From Mytilus californianus (lineage: Eukaryota), in contig NW_026262604.1 of the NCBI RefSeq assembly GCF_021869535.1, positions 36,766,001-36,830,000 on the forward strand: a stretch of 64,000 bases of DNA. The letters are read 5' to 3'. The notes below the pieces were generated by a model that saw nothing but the letters and a program-made list of their open reading frames with translations, did no database searches and was not told the origin of the DNA. The number at the start of each line of letters is the position of its first letter. Positions within the stretch are counted from its first letter, which is position 1. A program made the position numbers and the translations under genes. This document shows, piece by piece, positions 50,613 through 63,252 of this stretch.

Positions 50613-52436
50613 TCTCATATCCCAAATAAGACGTTGTTGTAGTTCAATTGTGACTTTGAATATATCCATCTATATATTTCTTCACAAACATCAAATAGTT
50701 TTGGATATGTCCAGAATATGTGTTCTGTGGTTTCTCTTGAGTCCGTACTAAAGTGCATTTATAGTTTTATATTACTTTAATTTTGTAGAGAAATTCACAA
50801 ATTTTATTAAATCTATATTATGTAATTATCACCAATGTCTGTCATTTTCGAAAAATCTATGCCGATCAAGGATTTTTAAAAGAGTATTGCCCCTTGGATA
50901 TATTGATTAAATGGAAATTGCATTGTTAGCGCTCTTATGTGTATTATTCTTGCTAGATTTTTTTTGAAATTTTAATTATAGGTTTATATCAGCAATACCT
51001 GGGACAAATTCGAAAATGATCAGCAATGTTTTTGACACTTTCGAAATTAAGTGCTGATCAAAAATATTAAACGAGTTATGCTCATTATAACGAAGAGCGT
51101 TTATTTTGAAGCCTTCAAGATTTTCTAAGATATATAAAAGAAAATTAAAGAAAACTTTGTTTAGGGTATTACCCTTGTACTATGGAAAGATAACATATTT
51201 GCAACGCGTGGGACATTGGAACTATGTTATTTTATTTATAATACAATAAGATAACCGAGTGGAGACCTAGTGCTATACATACCCCCTTGACTATATAGCA
51301 TGTTATAATACTTCTCTGAAAACAAGATAGTAATGTGTCCCGAGTGTTTCAGAATTGACAGCGTGCTATATATCTTTCTGTACTATATTTCAAGAATACA
51401 TTGATTCTCTGATAGTTTTCATTTATATTGTATTTGATTGTTTTATAGGATACTTTTTATATTTCCATAATCAAACACTTGAAAAATTAAACATATCTAT
51501 AAAATGAGAAACGTCTCACAGTTATATACTTGACCAAAATGTATTAGTTACATTTAATCGACTTCATATTCATTAGTGTTGACATAAACTCTGAGTAGTC
51601 ATCAGGTTTAAAGGGCGATACATAATGAATTGACATGTGAATTTATGATCTGACTTATTTAGATCATTGTGCAAACGAAAAATGCAACATCTTAAACGAT
51701 TTAGAAAAATATATAGTGTTTGCTTTATATCTAGAAGATTATTTAAATTCTTTTAACATAATCCCGACAGACACTGATAAATATGACATGATATGAACAA
51801 AGTAAAAAGTTCAATATGTCAATGCACGATAGTTTAACACGTCAAATAATTCTGCAGAATGTTTTTTTGTTTAATAATGATAACAGTATTATTTAACCCA
51901 CATTTCATATCTTATCGGTTCTGCGAATGCAGTAATATTTCGATGAAAAAAAGTCTTTTTATCAATTTAAAACGTACCACTTACGATTGCATGAAAATTT
52001 ACTGTACATGTATACATATACTTATCATTTACGAAAATTATCGCATAGATATAAAAAGATTATAGGTCAATTTAGGGTCTTTAACACGGAGCCTTGGCTC
52101 ACACCGAACAGCAATCTATAAACGGCCCCAAAAATTACTAGTGTAAAACAAATTAAACAGGAATACTAACGGTCTAATCTACATGAAAAACGAGAATCAC
52201 TTTTGAACCACATCAACAAACGACAACCACTGAACAACAGGTTCCTTACTTAGGACAGGTGCAAAAAGAGAATTTAAACGTTTTAACAGGTGACAACCTG
52301 GACCTACATATTTATTTCATATACTGTTGAGAAAAAACAAATACCACTAGGTTGCAATATATCGGGTTGTAACTCTACCTACAGCAATTTTGTGTTATTG
52401 GTGTAATATAAAGAAACTCATTGAAATTTTATATTT

Positions 52437-52480
52437 GCGCCAGACGCGCGTTTCGTCTACAAAAGACTCATCAGTGACGC
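52437..52480 (-). ncRNA. Minimal type I hammerhead ribozyme with intact core
   Basis: GCGUCA-CUGAUGA-GUCU(UUUGU)AGAC-GAA-AC(GCGC)GU-C/UGGCGC: all core nucleotides present and a palindromic stem III loop. Predicted cleavage between 52443 and 52442. Confidence 0.85.
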
Positions 52481-52689
52481 TCGAATCATAAAATGTTAAA
52501 GGCCAAAAAAAGTACGAAGTTGAAGAGCATAAGGGAGTTGTTGGTTTGAAAAAAGTAATTTATTGGTACTTGTTTCATGCTTAAGTTCCTTCATTCTCAC
52601 TTTGATCGTGATTTGTTATATGAGACACAGGCTGGAGTGCCAGTACGAACTTTGTGATCCTGTGAAAGATCCAATTCAAATGGTATAAG

Positions 52690-52845
52690 CCCCGGCTGGG
52701 GAATAGAAATACATTCTCTTCGGTCTTCTTCTTCAGACCGTAGTTGTACATGCTGTACACCCTAAAGGACGCACGGCTTTGTTAAGAGTTTTACTACTGG
52801 TCGGGTGAAGACGTGCAGTGTGACCAAATTTTATTCCTCCGTCAC
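52690..52845. mobile_element. Two highly diverged SINE-head fragments in inverted orientation
   Basis: ggctggggaatagaaatac...ggtcttc...gaccg on plus and aagagttttactactggtcgggtgaagac...gtgacc on minus resemble the SINE head. Confidence 0.45.
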
Positions 52846-53089
52846 ACTTCAGGCATCAAAGTTTGAAATGTGTTGTATAGGTTTGAAGATAAAAAAAAAA
52901 GGACGAAAGATACCAGAGGGAAATTCAAACTCATAAATCGAAAAATAAACTGACAACGCCATGGCTAAAAAAGAAAATAAAGACAAACAATAGTGCACAA
53001 AACACAACACTGAAACATAAAATTGCAGAAGCAACGGTTATTTTTTGAGACGATTATTTTTGAGAATACATGTATAAATAAAAGTTTCC

Positions 53090-53290
53090 AACAAGCTTGG
53101 TGAAACTTTTTGTCAATCTTTTTTGACAACTACATAGAAGATATCTTACAGTTGAATTTTATTTTGCTTTAGACTTGCGTTTTAGTTATATTAACTGACC
53201 TTTTGTCTGATTTTCAAAATATATTCCTTAAATTGTAATAATATTTGAATTTGCTCTTGTCGCGATATACCATTTTTGCGCTGAAGCGGG
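53090..53290 (+). mobile_element. Deleted relic of a LINE related to 39289-45258
   Basis: aagcttggtgaaacttt (compare 42690) joined to 3'UTR-like ttttgtctgatttt...gctcttgtcgcgatata. Confidence 0.6.
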
Positions 53291-55273
53291 TGAGAGATAG
53301 GCGGCAAAGCATAGAATTTTCGAAAAAAATTTCTGATCTTTTTTTACTAAAAAACATAAATTAAGTGTAAAATGCACTAATTTCACGGTTCCTGATGTGT
53401 GCATGTTATGGTTAAAATTTAAGGGTTCGACAGTTCTGTTGCTGTTTTCTATCCATAAATTGTATATTATAAAATGATTGGATGAATCCAAAGATATGTA
53501 CCAATATATTTGATGAGGGATTTGTCAGTACAAAATGGACATAGACAATTTCCACCTAGCTAAGTCAATCACTGAAATAGAGATCACAACTAGCATTTGA
53601 AGATTGCTTTGCAAATTTGTGATTCGCACCCCAGATGCATCTGATCATACATACTAATATAATTGATGTTTTACTTTATTCAAAAATAAATCCACAAAGA
53701 CATTTATTGAGAAATTCTAGTGATGACTTCTGAACAAATCTATCGTCTAAGTCATAGGGTTCACCAGAAGCTTCTTCCTCGGATTCCGTTGAGAAAAATC
53801 GTCATTAATTTTTCATAGTCCAGTTCATTATTGTTTTTACGGACATACAAAAGTAACAGGGCATTTCAGCGTTCTTTTCCCATTGTACTGCGCGAGAATG
53901 TTTAAGTATACTCTAACGTCGAGTTTGCCCTTTCTGTGGAACTGGATGTTACGCTGGTCAATGAAAGTAACGATGTTTGGAATATCTTGCTACACACTCT
54001 TGGGTCTGTTATGGGAGACATTATTGTAGACGATTTTTCGGTCTTGTTTCAGAGTTGAAACTCCTATCTAAAAGAGTTAGGATATGACACGTTAACTTTG
54101 TACTAACCGTCAATGTCTTCGATAGTATCATCTGATATTTGATGAAAGTTGCTTGGAATCAAGGCCAATGCCCTTACAAAGGAAACAGCATGTTCACCAA
54201 ACCGAATATTTAACTGCTGAGTCTAAGAATGGTAGAAAAGTAACGAACTGTTGCACAAAAATTAAATATAGGGGAAATGCCGAAGTTAACTTAATCATTT
54301 TAAAAAGTGCAGGTAAAAAGGGTGAGTACGCCCCCCGCTGGGTCCGCAACTGTAAATAGCTATAAAACCAGGTTTTATCCACCATTTTTTACATTAGAAA
54401 TGTCTGTACAAAGTCAGGAATATGACAGACGTTTTCCAATAGTTTAAAACTTTTAATTTTGCCATTTGACAAAAGACTTTCCGTTTTGAATTTTCCCTGG
54501 AGTTCAGAATGTCTGTTATTTACTTTCTTTTTTCAACATTAAATTGTTTATTGTATTGTTGGATTTTGTATTTCGCATCTCGGTATCATAGGATCTTGTA
54601 TGCATGCTTAACTTTGTTGATGACTAGTTGTTGATAGTCACATAACAAGTTATTGTCGTTTACGAGTTGAAGGTCTAACATTTGGATAATTCCTGCTGAT
54701 AAAGCAAGTTTGTTAGAAGTAGATGACATCGACATGACTTCTAAGGTGTTTTAATGTGGCATTATTTATAGGGTAACGCCTTTTGGCCACGAAGCATCAC
54801 AGCCTCTATGACGTATGGTTTATGGCTTATGAAAATTCTTTGGTTATAACGGGAGAGCTTTAAAAAGCACAATTACTGTAGGTTATGATATATCCATTAT
54901 CTTCGTAATATCTTCGCAACAAGTTGTTGGTGATGAAACAAGTTCGTTAGAAGTAGCATGAATAGGTTTTTAGTTTGAAGGTCGATTTTGTTGATCACGA
55001 ACAGAGTTTGTGATAAGGTCATCTATTACTGGTTCTATAATATCTGTTGGATACACGTTGGTATACCGCGCGAGAAGATGGCCTGTTATTTGCCATTGAC
55101 CAATTTCAAAAGTGCCTGTTGCTCTTATGAAGTGATTAATGTATATTGTTGTCAGGTCTAGCTCTTATGAAGTGATTAATGTATATTGTTGTCAGGTCTA
55201 ATTTCCTGCTTATTGTTGACACAAAGAAAGAAGTGTTTTTTTTTTTTTTTTTTTTTTTTTTCTGTTTATTTCC

Positions 55274-55694
55274 CCCCAAGGGTGACTGGGGAATAGAAGT
55301 ATGGTCACCATTGGTCTTCCTCCGACCGGCAGTAAAACCCGTGCTAAAGTGGGGCGTCCGTTTGGCTGTGCGGGATGTACAAATTTGCAGCCACGTCCGG
55401 TCAGAATGGGGACGTTAAATCCGATGCCTCGTGTAAAGAGAGTGCCACGCTTTTTGCACGTTAAGAACCCTTGCAACAACTCTTTGAGGGGTCCGTAGGT
55501 GACCTGTTGCAAGGCTAAATTTCTGTCCCTATCCAATATACCCTCATTTCCCGTGGCAGTCTAAATTTCTCCGACCTTAATCCCGGAAGCCCTTATTACA
55601 GAACCTACCTATTGTATTTATTGTTAACTTGTTCTCGTCCTGAATATTCATGAAATATTTGCCACTGGACGTTAAGCAACCAACAATCAATCAA
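55274..55694 (+). mobile_element. Meta-domain SINE, full-length, 14-bp TSD
   Basis: TSD tctgtttatttccc at 55261-55274 and 55695-55708, next to a long poly-T. Confidence 0.9.
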
Positions 55695-58025
55695 TCTGTT
55701 TATTTCCCTTTCATCCACCTTCATCGGTATATATTTCCGGCCAGTATGTGCGTGGTATGACAACAAACGTGTCATTAGGTTACATGTACTCATTTACTCT
55801 GCTGCAAATATATAAACACATATTCATTTGAACACCAATTGCTAGAACAAATAATGTATTCAGATCCAAAACAAAATGCTATTACTAGTATAGCCTTGAA
55901 GGATCATCGGATTCAATTTCAGATTAGGGATAAATGATCCCATTGAAAGATTATAATTTTGCTTTGCATTTCTTATCTTTCGGTTTTTATTATATCAAAT
56001 GATTTTAAAACGGGTTGGCTTTTTGGATATCTGTTCAATGCATGTCTTGTGTTAATTAATGTTATTGATCATAAAAAATATCCAAATTGGGTATGAACTT
56101 TCCAGCTCTGATTCTGGTAAACTTTTACTAATTTAAAAGTGAATCGTAACTGTTTGTTTTCTCTATTAGATTAGATCAATTCAAATTTTAACTCTGGCAT
56201 TAGTTAGAAATATTCGTCCATTTGAAAAAAGGATAAATTTATTTCATTATTAGAATGTCAATATTTTCTGTAATTATTTCATTGAATTTTTGTTTCATGT
56301 CGTACAGGAAATGTATTTTTCCTGTGAGTTCCAATTCCGTTTTAAGTCATTAAGACAGTTGTCTATAGTTATGGATTGTCTTTTCTGGTTGTCTTGTAAA
56401 CCTAAAAAAACATCAGCAAGTGAGTCATCATTTCAAGCTGTATAATTTCACTTTAATTTGTTCTTTTCTGTCGAAAGTTTCCTTTTAACGCTTGTTATTT
56501 CACATTAATTGCACTAGAAGAATCTGAACACAAGGCCAAAACACGAAGATTTAACTTCATTCTTCTTGAATCTTTGGTCTTTTTCAATTTGGATTTCGGT
56601 TAAAGTTGTGTGATATTTTTGCACTTATTGATTTTCTGGAAGGGGTGAAAACTAGACATTGCCTAATGTTCGATATGATAATATTTAAAACACTGTTTCC
56701 TTGTTGCGAAACAGAATGTCTCTGTATGCCGATTACTCCATCAAGCGCACGCGGGAATTTGACGCGTCTGCAAAAATCATGGTCGCTGCTTTGGCCTAGC
56801 GTTTTATTGCATCGTTGCAACTAGCTAAGATGACCGGTACTTCTCTAGGGAACTGGTTACTCACATTTTGTATTTAGATACCAGGAATCCGTGTTGAGCT
56901 ACAGATTCAAAACGACCAGAACCTGGCACCAAAGCGTTACATTATAAATAGGGTAAAAAAAATTAATATACCCAATAAAAAAACAAAGTATTTGTTTTAA
57001 CCGTTGACAATATGATAAATCTCTTTCAAATTGACTTGTTTTTTTATACACCGTTACAATTTATTTATGTCTTGCTTCATGAAATTACCGTTACATTTAA
57101 TGTAACTGGACAGCGATTTCTAATACGAAGTTAATATCTATATTAATTTGTGAGTCTTGTTCAGAATAAATGAGTCGTAGTTAATTCTAAACGCATTAGA
57201 AAAGATTGTCTTATATGATACCTTCTTGTAAATATTTGCAAAAAAAAACAACGTTGTTTTTTTTAATAGATGGGGTTTAGTTGCATATGAGTTAACTATC
57301 CATGAGATACCAACTGACACGGATTTAACACAAAAGCTACATAGACAGGTCAACATTTGACCTCCAACCACGAACCGTTAGTGTAGAATTGATTTCTTTT
57401 CTTACTCTATTTCTTCGTGTGTCTATATTCATCCATTGATCCACATAATATAAAACACTTCATCTGCTTGGCAAATCGTTACGTTTGTTTTGTGCTTTGC
57501 ACGATATTTGTTTTGGTCACATATCTTCTACAGTTTATATTGAATTTATTTACAACTCATAGTATACATTGATTTGTTTTAATTAAAGACCGGGTCTGGG
57601 GTATAAATAGCAGCCAATAAGAAAAATGAAGGGAAATTCAAGTTTCTTTGCAGGTTTCATGATTGGGAAGCATTTTTATGTTTTACTAAATAAATGATAT
57701 AAAGTTTAACTTGATATTATATTCATAAGTGCAGAACATACTTATGAAAAAAATATAAGTTAAAACAAAGTAATTTGATAAATTAGTTTTTATGTAATTG
57801 TAAAATAAAATTCAGAAGTGGTCAATTTTTTGAATTTCAAATGGTTTGATTGACTCACTTGAGGCGGAGCCTCCTAATGTTTGTAAACACAACAGAATGC
57901 ACATGCTACAGTCTAAATAGACCTCCTCAGAATACTAATAGTTTAAAAAAATTCTCAAAGTATGTTTGAAAATGTGTTAATTGGCTTAATGATATTGTTC
58001 ACAAATTTAATTTGTATATATATAA

Positions 58026-58569
58026 TTATTCCAACATGTGGCCCATGTATGGTACATTTGGTAAATTGGGGAACCATGATCTTACTAATTCAATGACACA
58101 TTTTTGCATCAAGTCTCGCCTATGATAAATATAGTTCTTTCTTCTGGGATCCTGACGGAGAGCTGCACGTTTTCTTTCTATATATATATAGGATCCTGCC
58201 ATACATTTTTATTGAAAAGATTTGTCCAGAAATATTATAGTCCGTTATTCTTAAGGAAGAATTTCTTATATGTGCCATTTGTATTTCACTCTCCCACTAC
58301 ATGTGTCTGTTATGATCATGTGTTATGCACGGTTTGCATTAACAGTACTGACATTCTTCAAAATTATTATTTTGCTCTATCAAAAAATCATCAAAATCTT
58401 CTGAATTTCCTGCCCCATTTTTCTCTTTATTTTCATCTCTGTTTTCTTTAATTTCAATTTCTTTATAATCCTAGTTATGGTGAGCAAATAAATTATAAAT
58501 AGTTTCTTTTTGTTCTTCTGTAACTTCAAGAGCCAAAATAGATTTTCCTTGATTTACACTGTCGTCCAT
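58026..58569 (-). pseudogene. KolX (P2X7 ballast-like) accessory gene of Kolobok
   Basis: ECQYC*CKPCIT...FWTNLFNKNVWQDP...HRRDLMQKCVIELVRSWFPNLPNVPYMGH. Confidence 0.75.
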
Positions 58570-59414
58570 TTTCTGTTGATAGCATAAAGATATGACCAGA
58601 AACTTTGCCCTCCAAAAATGTGAACCAAATGCTCCAAGAGAAATAGAAAATACAAGGAACTACTGGGGGGAAATAAATCATATTTTTTAAGTAAAAGGTA
58701 CTAATTCATGTTTGTAACTGCTCTTTTATTCTGTTTTAGATAAAATAATATTGTCTATATCAATTTTGTTTCTTTAGTTGTTTACATGCTGTTCTACTGA
58801 GGTAATAAATCCTGAAAGAACCTCAAGTAATGATAAACCCCAGCATCATAAATTATCTCTCAAAGAATTTCCACTATTTTGGCGGGAACTGTTTACTTAT
58901 GTATATGTTTGTGTAATATTATATTTCAGGACAAGTGCAATCTACAAAGAGGGATGGAGAATGTAATCCTATCCTGTTATATTATTTGTTTTTGTCATTA
59001 GTCATTAATACTTTAAAAAGAAGAATTCTTATACATGTATCTTTGAAATAAAATATAAAAATAAGATAAAGACATAATCTTTAAATTATAATTATGTTTT
59101 TTGTCATATATATTATCCACCACTCCCTTTTCACTCAATTTACAATATAAACTCATCCATAATCTGTATGGGAACTCGATTGTTTGGTTATTTCAGTATT
59201 AATAAAAATCTGTAAAGACAAAATATGGCTATTCCAAAAAAAAAAAAACGAAAAAGAACCCAAAGTTTCAGAATGGAGTTTTCGGGAAGCGATGAAAAGA
59301 AGGCAGAAATTCCTGGTACAATACTGGAAATTAGGAATATTGACTCAAAAATTGGTTAAACAAACCTACAGGAAATTTGCAAGTTTTAGAAACTTTATTG
59401 GAGATGTGGTCTAG

Positions 59415-60800
59415 TCAGGAAGTAGGAAATGCATCTGATGAACAATCTATACATGTACCACATCCAATACCAAGTACCTACGTTAAAGCTAGGAGAAAAG
59501 ATGTCAACCAAAAAATATTCATGTGTGCAGAGGACTCACTAAAACGTTACAGAAAAGTGGTGGAGGCTCATTCCAGATACTACAAACACAACCTAATTAT
59601 AGAGAAATGGACAACATGAGGACATATAATTATGACAAGAATGAAATGTGAATCCTCTCACACTTTTCTGTGGTCTTCTTCGCCATACATGCAGAACAAT
59701 GAATACTTGGTGAATAACAGAGTGCAACATGGTCTGATCTGTAGTGGAATGTTGCCATCCCATTATACCAAGTTGTAGATGGTGCTGGAATCGGGAAAAT
59801 TAATAAGGAAAAACGAAATAAGTTCTTCAACTCATATGAAAACCTCATTCAAACAGAATACCACAAGTCTACAACAACAGCCTTGCTTGACGAATCAGCC
59901 TCATATTATGGTGACAAATAAGGAGAAATAGACATTTGAACTGACGCAAGGCATGGCTGGCGTAACAACGCTAAAAATGCAAGTATTGTTGCGATTGGTG
60001 AGAAAACCCACAAAGTTTTATCTTGTCAACATGTAACCAAAGCTGACGATGTTGTGTCCCAAAGACACGAACGTATCGGTACTGATAGGGTGTATACATA
60101 TTTGGCTGAAAAGGAGGTTGCTGTAGGTGTCCATTGCCATGACAAGAATCTATCTATTAACAAATACATTCGTGAAGAAACGGATGCAATTAATCGAATC
60201 GATACATGGCATTGTGTTAAAGCAGTAAACACAGCTCTGAAAAAAGTTGCATCTGTCTCAACTCAATCACTGGGCAATCAGAAATTGTAACAATGATCCA
60301 GAGAAATTAAAGTCAGCAATTCTGAATGTAGTTGACCATTACAAAAACAGACATTTATCTTGTGATCCTTCCTCTAGATGTAAATATGATAAAAATTATG
60401 AACCATCAATAATTGTTTTGACTGATCCAGTGGCTGAAAAACTGTTACTTGGAGTACTTTTAAATTCCAACATTTTTAAATATCTTCAGGATTATGATTT
60501 AGGAAAAGACATTTTATGTTGAAAGTTTCAACAACGTTATAAATATTGATCAGGATAAGCGTATTGCGTTTGGTGACAAACAGTACAATGCACGTTCAAA
60601 CTTGGCAGTTTGTCAATGAAATGAAAATGTTGACAGGGACTTCACTTCTATTTCTAATCCGCGAAATCCTAGAACCCCTAGAAGTGTAAGAGGCAAGAAA
60701 AATTATAAACAGAAAACATTTAAACTTCGAGGAAATATATGGAAAACTTTTGTAAATGTTGAATATTCAAGGAAAAGAAACACTTTACAGGAGGAATTAA
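59415..60800 (+). pseudogene. Kolobok DDE transposase
   Basis: TDARHGWRNNAK, HCHDKN, IDTWHCVK, HYKNRH.SC..SSRC, YVESFNN motifs; stops and an internal deletion. Confidence 0.8.
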
Positions 60801-60875
60801 TTCTTAAATAATTATAACTATATATCATCAAAATTGCACATTTAATGTTTGAATTTATTTTATTTTCTACTTTTA

Positions 60876-60949
60876 TTGATTGATTGATTGTTGTTTGCTT
60901 TACGCCGCATTAGCACAGAAAGGCTATATCGCGGCGAGAGCTAATTCGA
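60876..60949 (-). mobile_element. 74-bp 3'-end-only copy of the I-group LINE, 14-bp TSD
   Basis: Reverse complement of LINE 45186-45255; TSD attttctactttta at 60862-60875 and 60950-60963. Confidence 0.88.
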
Positions 60950-63209
60950 ATTTTCTACTTTTACTTTAAATAACTGGATGATTTTAAGTGTTTATTTTAT
61001 ACCTTTTGTCAGTCTGGATTTAACAAATAGTACTGCATTAAATGAATGGTTAGTATAAATCTCTTTCTCACTTAATTGATAAGCCATGCACATAAACAAA
61101 CTATTTTTAACACAGATTATGATAACACACTGGTAAGCTCCGCCTCATATCAATATTGGCTTAATCACTTACCACCTGGTAAAAGTTTTAGGTCAGACCC
61201 GGTCTTTAAGTAAACATTATCTTCGTCTATTACGTTCTTGGGACAACATAGGTTTGATTAAAAAGGTTTTATGTGATAAAGGTCTACAGGACATCGAATA
61301 ATCTATTAAGACAAGCAAGAGAATCATGTCATGACCAATGCAGCTATGTATATAAATTCAAACAAGAGGTTTTCATAGCAGATAACTACATTTCTAATTT
61401 AAACACCATCTACCTCCATAAAACAAATAACATATTTGGGAAAACAAGTCTGCCATTTTTGTCTTATCGATCGATACCCAAATAAATCATATTCAAAATT
61501 ATTACACAATGTTACAGTAGGATATTATAAAAAAAAGGTCATCAATGTCCATATAGTAAAACACACCTTAAAATTATAGTAGTTATGTATGTCACATATC
61601 TAAATGTTAACAGTTACACCAAGTTGAAAAAAGCGTTCACAAAAACTTGTTCTAAGTAATTTTTCAACAGAATCGTGGTTAACAATAACATACTAATGAT
61701 AATTATCAATAATTAATAGTTTTATCAGTACAGACTACCCATTACGAAATAAATAATTTCTGAGACGAATTGATCGTATTTCAAACACCATAATAAATCA
61801 TACACCAAACAAACAAAAAAAGAAGAAAGTATGTATATATAGATGTCACAACATCGGTACAATATTTGTCTTTATCATTTATCGGTCAAAAACAGGTCTC
61901 GAGAGAAATCTCATATCCGTAATAAATATTAACCCGATAAAAACCTAGTTGAGATAACCAAAATTCTCAGAATGCCTGAGCATTACAAGAAATTTTAAAA
62001 AGAAAGTCTTACCAAGAAAAATAGAATTTAAATCAATATTATTATATTTTAATCAGACCATTTGCTATAAATTTGAGTGTCATTTATTCATTTTTTTAAG
62101 ATTTTTCATTTCATCAATAGGAAAGCAGACTTTTAAGAACAGGTCGGAGATGATGGTATGTTTTCATTTGATAATTTTTAAAAGGAAACATTTAAGAGTA
62201 CATATATTTATTTGTTTTGCATCTGTTTGAAAACATTAGTTTCGTCTTCATAAATTTGTTTTTTTAAAGTGTTTTTGTCTGATAAATGAAAATAGATACC
62301 ATTAAGTGTTTTTTGTAATGATTCGATGAACCATTTAAAATGGAAATTTGAATTAACAATCAGTATCATTATTTCACATTGTAACCGACATATGGAGATT
62401 TATGAAATAAATACTTTTATCACGTGCTAATGCATGTTGTATATCGAAGTATGAACAACTTTTAAAACAACATTTGCATGGGAACATATTTGAAAACTTA
62501 TAATAAACGTAAAATGCTTCAGTGTCCTTCAACGTTTAGTGTCCCTCTGGTCACATTTAAAAATATGATCCTTGTCTATGCATTGAAGCCAATAAAAACA
62601 ACCGTAATGCATATTTAAATCGTACTTCAATAAGAAAATTTTGCCACATGCATGATGAAAGATTATTTTTATATACATAACTATTTTGGTTATTAAGAAA
62701 TAATTGTAATATTAATAATCATTACATCTGAATTCAACCATATAAGATCACGTATAATAGAACATCTTATTTACGACAGCATGATGTTACAGCAAACGAA
62801 ATATGGATTGAAAATATCAAATTAAAAACTATGTTTATCGAGGAACGGTATTATCCTGTAGTACATATTTTATAACCTTTTATCTGTCCAAATCAACTTT
62901 TTAACTGACATAATTAACCGTGTACGGTGTTGCAAATATAAAAAAGAAGATGTGGTATGATTGCCAATGAGACAGGAGACCAAATGACACAAAACACCAT
63001 ACCTAATTAATATAACCTAAATAAATACCCATTTATTTACATTCCATATTTGGTCGAGTAAACAATTGATCATGACGTAATGTAGGTTGTGTTCTCGCAG
63101 ATTTCTCATTGTTGATTTCAAATCTTTTCGAGGGAAGGGAAATAAATGTATATGCCGTGTAGCAATTTCAAAAAAAAAAAAAAAGAAACAACACGTGAAA
63201 TAATTTCAT

Positions 63210-63252
63210 GCGTCAGAAGCGCTTTCTGGATGTACCTTCACAAGGAACGCTC
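63210..63252 (-). ncRNA. Degenerate minimal hammerhead motif
   Basis: GAGCGUUC-CUUGUGA-AGGUACAUCCA-GAAA-GCGCUUC-UGACGC: the CUGAUGA core is mutated. Confidence 0.5.

Larger units (their letters stand above)
57587..61205. mobile_element. Kolobok DNA transposon, complete termini, coding regions decayed
   Basis: TTAA TSD (57583-86 and 61206-09); 12-bp TIR AGACCGGGTCTG; divergently arranged KolX-like gene and DDE transposase. Confidence 0.88.

Noticed and set aside
55274-55354. Canonical HDV ribozyme fold for the SINE head
   Set aside because: P2-, P3- and J4/2-like parts exist, but the strand after P3 (CGGCAGU) pairs only 4-5 of 7 nt with an upstream partner and no GG follows for P1.1. Kept only as a non-canonical structure hypothesis.
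55710-56900. Possible B-box/TRIM-like pseudogene on the minus strand
   Set aside because: Scattered Cys/His and propeller-like fragments, but too many stops and frameshifts to support a call.
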